A DNA stretch of 64,000 bases from an uncultured Rhabdochlamydiaceae bacterium (GTDB taxonomy: Bacteria; Chlamydiota; Chlamydiia; Chlamydiales; Rhabdochlamydiaceae), in assembly GCA_963712275.1 (NCBI GenBank), contig CAVQHD010000001.1:448001-512000 (forward strand), written 5' to 3'. Positions 57,925-64,000 of the stretch are shown piece by piece. Both the position numbers and the translations under genes were made by a program. Each line of letters opens with the position of its first letter. Position 1 is the stretch's first letter. The notes beneath the pieces are model-generated. The model worked only from the letters and a program-made list of their open reading frames with translations. It was not told where the DNA came from and searched no databases.

Positions 57925-58769
57925 AGCGCCTGTCGAATCACCTCTTTTGACGATTCTCTTATTTGAACGAGAGGCAGCCGAAGATAAGGGGCGCAAAGAC
58001 CCAGAAGATGAGCTGCATATTTTAATCCTTGAGGGTTGTTCTCAATCACAACTGCCTCGCAAAGAGGCAAATATGTCTCAAATAGCTCCTGTGCTCTCTT
58101 GATATCTCCTTTGAGAAAACAATGAATCATCTCTTTCCATTCTACAGGGATGAGGTTTGCCACAGGGGAAATTACCCCTTGAGCCCCTTCCTTTAAATGA
58201 GCAAATGCTAATGTATCATCCCCTGAAAAAATTGGAAGCTGTGTATGAAACCGAAGAGCCCGAATAAAGTCGAGATTTCCCGAGCAATCCTTAATTCCAA
58301 CCATCGATGGAAGCCTTGAAATTTCCCCCAATTGTTCCGCTGTTAGCCGAACCCCTGTTCGGCCAGGGTGGTAGTAGATAATCGTAGGAAGCCCTACGCG
58401 GCCCACCTCTGTAAAGTGAGCTAAACACCCTTCAAATGTAGGACGGTTATAGTAAGGCATTACAACAAGGGCTCCATCAGCCCCCATCCGAAGAGCCTCC
58501 TCTGTCCTTCGAACTGTCACTCGAGTATCATATGTCCCTGTCCCGACAATCACGCCGATGCGCTTTTTAACCGCCTCAATGACAGTTTTAACCACAAGCG
58601 TATGTTCTTCTGGCGAAAGCGTTGGAGCCTCTCCCGTTGTTGCGCAGCAGACAATTGCGTCAGTCTCATGCTTAACCTGCCGTTGGACAAGCTCTCTTAG
58701 GTTCTCAACATCAATCTCTCCACTTTCTTTAAAAGGAGTTATGAGCGCAACCATCGACCCTTTAAACAT
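57861..58769 (-). CDS. dapA: 4-hydroxy-tetrahydrodipicolinate synthase
   Basis: Motifs ALITPF, TTGE, PYYNRP, GIKD and SGDD. Confidence 0.93.
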   Translation of the reverse strand: MFKGSMVALITPFKESGEIDVENLRELVQRQVKHETDAIVCCATTGEAPTLSPEEHTLVVKTVIEAVKKRIGVIVGTGTYDTRVTVRRTEEALRMGADGALVVMPYYNRPTFEGCLAHFTEVGRVGLPTIIYYHPGRTGVRLTAEQLGEISRLPSMVGIKDCSGNLDFIRALRFHTQLPIFSGDDTLAFAHLKEGAQGVISPVANLIPVEWKEMIHCFLKGDIKRAQELFETYLPLCEAVVIENNPQGLKYAAHLLGLCAPYLRLPLVQIRESSKEVIRQALQRNLLKKSSAPLSLSFCRNA

Positions 58770-58824
58770 TTTTAGCTCCTGGTGAGGGATAAAACCGACT
58801 ATAGTTGACGGACAATTTTAACTT

Positions 58825-59184
58825 CTAGTCTTGAAAAATGGGAGAAAATTCTTTGTGAAGGACTTCGGACCACTCTTGAGCATGTTTAAGAAAACGAGGA
58901 AATGCATGGGCAAAATTGGACGGGTGAATTTCTTGCGTCCAGTGGATTGTTCCCACAACAGCATCAATTTCGAGAATCCCTTCGCCTTCCCATTTCAATT
59001 GTTGAATCATTTTAAGACATTCATGCGTCTCTTTGGGAAATTCACCTTGGCCATCAAAAATCGGGGTAGAGATTTTCCATATAGGACTCTTAGTTAATTT
59101 TTGAATTAAGATCTCCCTCCCTTCAACAACAATTCGAGTCATTGAATGAATATAGAGATAGATAAATGGGAACAAATAAGACAT
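58825..59184 (-). CDS. Hypothetical protein (start uncertain)
   Basis: ORF co-oriented with its neighbours. Confidence 0.45.
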   Translation of the reverse strand: MSYLFPFIYLYIHSMTRIVVEGREILIQKLTKSPIWKISTPIFDGQGEFPKETHECLKMIQQLKWEGEGILEIDAVVGTIHWTQEIHPSNFAHAFPRFLKHAQEWSEVLHKEFSPIFQD

Positions 59185-59191
59185 ATAAGCA

Positions 59192-60082
59192 TTATATACT
59201 CTCTATTATTTTATCTCCCCATTTAAGTTTATTAACTTTTTTAAATAATTCCTTTTCTTTTTTAGAAACCGTCTTTATTTCAATCCCTTGATTCGTACAC
59301 AACGTTAAGAGAGTGTGCCCTTTACGTTTAAGAGAATCCCTGACCATCCGGGCAAAAATAGGAGAATGCTTTTCTTTTGCCATGATGATGTAACTAAATT
59401 TTTCATCTTCGTATCCAAGACTTCCTTCTTTTGCCCACCGATGCCCCTGGCTCCGCTCAAGCCGGACCCCAAAATGGCACCATTCGGCGCTTCCCTGCCA
59501 TGGACAAACGCGATGGTGAGGACAAGGAGCAATCACATTTCCTCCCTTCTGGATCAATAGATCTCGCGCCTTTAAAACATCCTCATATCCTCGCGGCGTT
59601 CCCGGCTCAACGATCACAAGAAATTGTCGGCATAAATTCCACGCTTTTTCCAGCACATCCAAAGAACCTATTTCTCCCCATGAATAGGAAAATAGGACCA
59701 GATCCTGAGGAGCAATGCCGTCCAGTTTTTCAGCAGGCTCCCTCCTCCAGCTCACTGGCTTTCCTTGCAACCGCTCTTTTCCTAATTTCACAAATTCAGC
59801 GTCTAATTCAACAAATGTCGCCTGCTCTAACGAAGGCCACCTCTCAGAAAGAGGCTCCCAAGAAGCTCCAGGACCCGCGCCGATATCTAAGCAGAAAGAG
59901 ACCTGTGTCCCCGATAACTCTCTCAAGACTCGCCCCAATGCCGCTTGTGTCGCTGGAAGCCTTGTGAGAAGGTAGGCATGCCGATCTTCCGGCGACCTTA
60001 AATAGGGTCTCTCTTTCTTCCGGTACCGTTCCGACAGCTCTTTCGCGGCCTTTTTGATTTGCTGAAAAGAGAATGGCTCCAT
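59192..60082 (-). CDS. Rsm22-family SAM-dependent methyltransferase
   Basis: Motifs LDIGAGPG, VEPGTPRGY, APCPH...CP...WCHF and EDEKFSY. Confidence 0.85.
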   Translation of the reverse strand: MEPFSFQQIKKAAKELSERYRKKERPYLRSPEDRHAYLLTRLPATQAALGRVLRELSGTQVSFCLDIGAGPGASWEPLSERWPSLEQATFVELDAEFVKLGKERLQGKPVSWRREPAEKLDGIAPQDLVLFSYSWGEIGSLDVLEKAWNLCRQFLVIVEPGTPRGYEDVLKARDLLIQKGGNVIAPCPHHRVCPWQGSAEWCHFGVRLERSQGHRWAKEGSLGYEDEKFSYIIMAKEKHSPIFARMVRDSLKRKGHTLLTLCTNQGIEIKTVSKKEKELFKKVNKLKWGDKIIESI

Positions 60083-60093
60083 CTCCTCTCTGC

Positions 60094-60747
60094 CTACCCT
60101 TTCATAGCAATCCAATCTTCCCATAGGAACAAAACAGGCCAGTTTTCCCATTTAAGGCGGTATTCTGGATATTCGTCTAACTCAACCCAATGCAGCGTCC
60201 CATTTTGCCCCACGCGGTCGGGAAATCGCTTACCATCGAGATGATCGATTTCATGTTGAAAGATCCTGGCTGTATAATCGAAGTGCTCTTCTTGGATGGG
60301 ATTTCCTTCGCGATCAAAAGCTGCAATTTTGACCCATTTTGCTCTAGGGACCAGGCCGCACACATGACTATCGACAGAAAAACAGCCTTCCCGATCCGTG
60401 ACAAGCTCTGATGATTGCTGGGTGATGCGAGGATTAATGTAGACCTTGAGCTCTCCCCACTCCTTGCGCTTCGTGTCCACCCCAACATCGACAATGATGA
60501 TCCGCTTAAAAATCCCTACCTGAGGAGCAGCTAGACCAACAAGGCCACCCTGCTCCGGATCATTTCGCTCCCCAGATGAGATTTTCAACATCCAATCGAC
60601 AAGATCTTGGATCTCTTTGGACTGGATTTCACTCACGGGAACCTCCATTGAACTTTCGTTTAGCCGATGATCATGCGGTGGTAAAAAATGAGCCGCGAGG
60701 TCCTCCTGCAGTAATATGATAAATAGAATCAAAAAAACATATCTCAT
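60094..60747 (-). CDS. def: Peptide deformylase
   Basis: Motifs GLAAPQVG, EGCFS and QHEIDHLDG. Confidence 0.9.
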   Translation of the reverse strand: MRYVFLILFIILLQEDLAAHFLPPHDHRLNESSMEVPVSEIQSKEIQDLVDWMLKISSGERNDPEQGGLVGLAAPQVGIFKRIIIVDVGVDTKRKEWGELKVYINPRITQQSSELVTDREGCFSVDSHVCGLVPRAKWVKIAAFDREGNPIQEEHFDYTARIFQHEIDHLDGKRFPDRVGQNGTLHWVELDEYPEYRLKWENWPVLFLWEDWIAMKG

Positions 60748-60752
60748 AAAAT

Positions 60753-61592
60753 TTACGCCTTTTTTGGAGAAGAGTTCAAGTAAGTATCTAACCGATTAAA
60801 CCATCCTTTTAGCCATTGTTCTTCATGTTTTTCGGGAGGGGAGTTCTCAACTCTTTGCTTGAGGATTGCCCTCGCCGCTTCCACAAAGTCCATAAGTGGG
60901 TCTTTAGAAGAATCAGGGATACGCTGTAGAACCTGCAGCAGGCCCCATCCCTGTCCTTTGTAAGACTCGCTAGAGAAGGCGCCGCTTCCTTTGAAATTTA
61001 AGTAGTCAATGAGTGCATAGAGTCCATCGGCATCGCTGGCAAGACAATGGAAAATATTCAATATTTTAGCTTTTTCTGATGGAGAGCAGCTTTCAAGCAT
61101 TTGAGGAAGCGCACTCTCAAGCCTACTACCGATGAAAATAGCCTGTAAACTTCTCGTCTCAAATAAAAACTGGCGCAAACTTTCCATTTTGGGGCTCTGA
61201 ATATCTTCATAAAAATGCTCACGTGAATTCCATGGGCATCCTGAAGAGGCCTTCAGCCAATTGGGCAGGGACACGCCCTCTTTTAAGAGGAATTGAAGCA
61301 AAGCAGGAAACGTCTCTTCGAATCGTTCTTTTTTATGAGCTGGGTACCAGATAAAATGACCAATGCCCAGCGAGGCAAAGTTTTCACCCTTTTTCCAATT
61401 TGTTAATCCTTCTCTAGTTCCAGCACACTCATTTTTCCAAATTTTCTCCCCAATTTTACTTGAACTTATCTCGATAAAAAGTTTCAGTCGATTTTCGGGA
61501 TAGGTTCTTGCATCTTGAGGAGAGATGGAAAGAGAAAAGGCTTTCCCTAAACACACTAGAAACAGCACAAGAGTTATAAAATGTTTTTTCAT
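60753..61592 (-). CDS. Exported hypothetical protein with a 16-codon palindromic insertion
   Basis: Signal peptide; SLGIGHFIWYP and YALIDYLNFKG. Confidence 0.7.
   Translation of the reverse strand: MKKHFITLVLFLVCLGKAFSLSISPQDARTYPENRLKLFIEISSSKIGEKIWKNECAGTREGLTNWKKGENFASLGIGHFIWYPAHKKERFEETFPALLQFLLKEGVSLPNWLKASSGCPWNSREHFYEDIQSPKMESLRQFLFETRSLQAIFIGSRLESALPQMLESCSPSEKAKILNIFHCLASDADGLYALIDYLNFKGSGAFSSESYKGQGWGLLQVLQRIPDSSKDPLMDFVEAARAILKQRVENSPPEKHEEQWLKGWFNRLDTYLNSSPKKA
61462..61507. repeat. 46-bp palindromic mini-element (copy 2, in CDS)
   Basis: gaacttatctcgataaaaagtttcagtcgattttcgggataggttc. Confidence 0.8.
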
Positions 61593-62707
61593 TTTTGGGG
61601 AATTAAATAACGATTTTTCAAGTTCAGAATTTTCTCGACCGCTTGGTTGACCCTCTCCTCCGAAATACGGCCGGTTTTGACAGCCTCTACAATCGAGCTG
61701 TGGATACGCTCGATATCTGAGACCGTCAGCTCAAAACCTGCGCGCTCACCAACAAGTAGCTTCCCTCCCAGTATCAGAATATCGCACCCAGCCTTCAAAG
61801 CTCGAATTGCAGCTTCATCAACGGTACCGCATTTTTTAAGAACACCTCCCATCACAAGGGAATCAGAGACAATTACACCTTGAAAGCCGATCGTCTCTCT
61901 TAAGTAGTTTAGCGTCTTTTCTGAAAGTGTCGAGCAATTCTCCGTATCGAAAGCAGGAACGAGAATATGGGCTGTCATAATAGCCTCTGAAAAAGAAGCA
62001 AGCCTTACAAATGGAAATAGCTCAACTCGTTCTAATTCTTCTTTCGATTTATGAACAATCGGCAAATCTTCATGAGAATCAACAGTTGTGTCGCCATGAC
62101 CGGGGAAATGTTTAAGGGTCGCAATGATATGCGCTTGCCTATAGCCGCTCAAAGCCTTTTCTCCAAAAGCAAGAACGACTTCCGCGTGAGCCCCAAAAGA
62201 GCGCGCTCCTATTACCGGATTACGAGGGTTGCTATTAATATCTACGACAGGTGCAAGGTTCATATTGATGCCCACGGCTTGAAGCTCTTGCCCCATAGCA
62301 AAAGCAACATCCTGCGCAAAGGTTGGATTGGAGGTCTCTCCTACTGCTTTATTTCCAGGGAATTTGGGAAAGCCGTTATTTAATCGAGAGACCACGCCCC
62401 CTTCTTGATCAGCTGCAATTAAAAGCGGGATCGGATTTTGATTTGCCTCAGCCAATTTTTGAAGGCCAGCGCTTAGTGCTTGAACTTGCTCGGGACCATG
62501 GAGTCCATTGGACCAGTTATAGTAAATGATTCCCCCCACTTTTGTCTTTTGAACCAGGGCCCTAGCGTCATCGTTCACTTCTTCTCCATTAAAGTGAACC
62601 ATCAACAGTTGCCCCACTTTTTCTTCCAAACTCATTTCTTTGGATGAAGCAAAGCAAGAAAAGGTAACGCAAAGAAGCACTGTTATCAGCTGAAAATTCA
62701 TGCACAC
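61589..62707 (-). CDS. nagZ: GH3 beta-N-acetylhexosaminidase
   Basis: Motifs ADQEGG, APVVD, KHFPGHG..DSH and SDSLVM. Confidence 0.9.
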   Translation of the reverse strand: MCMNFQLITVLLCVTFSCFASSKEMSLEEKVGQLLMVHFNGEEVNDDARALVQKTKVGGIIYYNWSNGLHGPEQVQALSAGLQKLAEANQNPIPLLIAADQEGGVVSRLNNGFPKFPGNKAVGETSNPTFAQDVAFAMGQELQAVGINMNLAPVVDINSNPRNPVIGARSFGAHAEVVLAFGEKALSGYRQAHIIATLKHFPGHGDTTVDSHEDLPIVHKSKEELERVELFPFVRLASFSEAIMTAHILVPAFDTENCSTLSEKTLNYLRETIGFQGVIVSDSLVMGGVLKKCGTVDEAAIRALKAGCDILILGGKLLVGERAGFELTVSDIERIHSSIVEAVKTGRISEERVNQAVEKILNLKNRYLIPQK

Positions 62708-62990
62708 CTCCCATCAGCGGCCTCCAATTTCAGTCGGTTACATTTTGCAACCAACTGACCGCCCTCATGATGCTCATCAGTATAGATTCGAGAAAGAATT
62801 CCTTCCAAAGAAAACTCTAAGCTAGGGCAGTGGGAACGGCTCCTAAAAAAGAATCTGGGTGAAGAAATACCGAAAGGGAAATACAAAATATTTTTCGATT
62901 GAGTGGAAGTGGTTTGCCTGAAGTTTAGAGATCGCTTTACCGGCGCCGGTAAGCCAATCCTTCAGTTGGTTACATTTTGTAACTGACTCT
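62698..62990 (-). pseudogene. Possible BRO-N/antirepressor-like remnant
   Basis: Fragments VTKCNQLK and QLVAKCNRLKLEAADGR in separate short ORFs. Confidence 0.35.
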
Positions 62991-63082
62991 ATGTAGGCAT
63001 GAGTACTGTGCAATTTTTTTATGCACAGCATTGCACAGTAAAATGCACAGCTGCTCTATGGACAACGTCTCTCTCCCATAAG

Positions 63083-63919
63083 TTATTTTTTTGAATGGTA
63101 GATCCATGAGAACATATCTGGCAAATGTTCCCAAAAATACTCGAATGGTCGTAGATCTTTCACCTGGTGGTGGAGCATATTCTTCCATTCGGATAAAAAC
63201 TCCGACCTTTGAGGATGTTGCTCAATCGTTACCAGATTGGGCATCGGCATCTTTTTAAAGGCGCACTTGCCTTGAAGAGACTCTAGGAGTTTTTCTATAT
63301 CAGTCAATCGATGACGCTCCTGGTAAAGATGAACAACGTCATAGAGATCACGGGGCCGTGCTCGTTCAGCCAAAGCTCTTAACTTTTCAGCGAAAATTTC
63401 TTCATAGGAGTAACTTAGGATTTGGGGCATTTCGATTGGGCAATCGGAATACTCGTGGAAAACCTTCCGTTTTTCCGGCTTCAGTACCACTTGTTCATTG
63501 GCAGTGAGGTCCAATTTGATGGAAGGATAAGGAACTGGTTGCTTCAAGGGACCTCGGTAGGATAGCTTGCCCTGTACAGATAAGCTGCGATGAGGGTCTA
63601 AAGAGATCAGATTTTCGGGGATTTCGATCCCAGACTGTTCATAAATCCACTGTGCGATCTGGGTTAAGATCGGTCGCAGTGCCCCTTCTTTCATTTGCTG
63701 AGCATCCAGCAGGGTGAAATCTAAATCCTCTGAAAAGCGATACCTATTGAAGAAGCATTTTTTAAGGCACGTTCCTCCCTTAAAAACCCATGAATCTCTC
63801 GTTTGAGGATGGTTTTGAATGCCAATCAGTATCCATCCCAAAACATAGTCTTTTTCAATCGTGGAGGATTGCAGTCCGTGCTCTTTTGCTTTTCGAGCAA
63901 TTTCAAATTTGTTGATCAT
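63083..63919 (-). CDS. AbiEii-family nucleotidyltransferase toxin
   Basis: Motifs IEKDY, FKGGTCL, RFSEDLDF and EKLRAL..RPRDLYD. Confidence 0.9.
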   Translation of the reverse strand: MINKFEIARKAKEHGLQSSTIEKDYVLGWILIGIQNHPQTRDSWVFKGGTCLKKCFFNRYRFSEDLDFTLLDAQQMKEGALRPILTQIAQWIYEQSGIEIPENLISLDPHRSLSVQGKLSYRGPLKQPVPYPSIKLDLTANEQVVLKPEKRKVFHEYSDCPIEMPQILSYSYEEIFAEKLRALAERARPRDLYDVVHLYQERHRLTDIEKLLESLQGKCAFKKMPMPNLVTIEQHPQRSEFLSEWKNMLHHQVKDLRPFEYFWEHLPDMFSWIYHSKK

Positions 63920-64000
63920 CGAAGTCCCTCTTCTAATCCTTCAGGAACCCATAATCTCCATTTTTTGATCAGGCGCTTTCCTTTTGATGCTGGGTCTAGT
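63916..64000 (-). CDS. AbiEi-type antitoxin 3' end (partial)
   Basis: LDPASKGKRLIKKWRLWVP...*; the stop overlaps the toxin ATG. Confidence 0.6.
   Translation of the reverse strand, partial: LDPASKGKRLIKKWRLWVPEGLEEGLR

Overview
Chromosomal window from an environmental Chlamydiota bacterium. The assignment is inferred from the chlamydial-type T2SS cluster, a MOMP-like porin and thrS-parA-pGP6D-like synteny. The main finding is a multi-target diversity-generating retroelement (DGR) at about 38.3-50.0 kb. It comprises a DGR RT (LGNVTSQ/YCDD, 42340-43380), an Avd-like gene on the opposite strand, an AAC-rich template repeat (41860-41951) and three variable repeats that differ from it almost only at template adenines. 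The targets look like host-directed effectors: one U-box E3 ligase/TPR protein and two PARP-like (H-Y-E) ADP-ribosyltransferases, all ending in the same hypervariable C-terminal domain. A remnant of a fourth paralog and RT fragments record tandem amplification. The window also has an IS200/IS605 element that splits the ATG of a VOC gene and carries a group II intron inside its right end. There are two size classes of palindromic elements (about 165-170 bp and about 45 bp), some inserted in-frame in genes, and one pair shows compensatory stem replacement. Other content includes an ankyrin-SET protein, decayed toxin-antitoxin modules and housekeeping genes. No rRNA, tRNA or CRISPR array was recognised. 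All calls are from reading motifs by eye; no searches were run.
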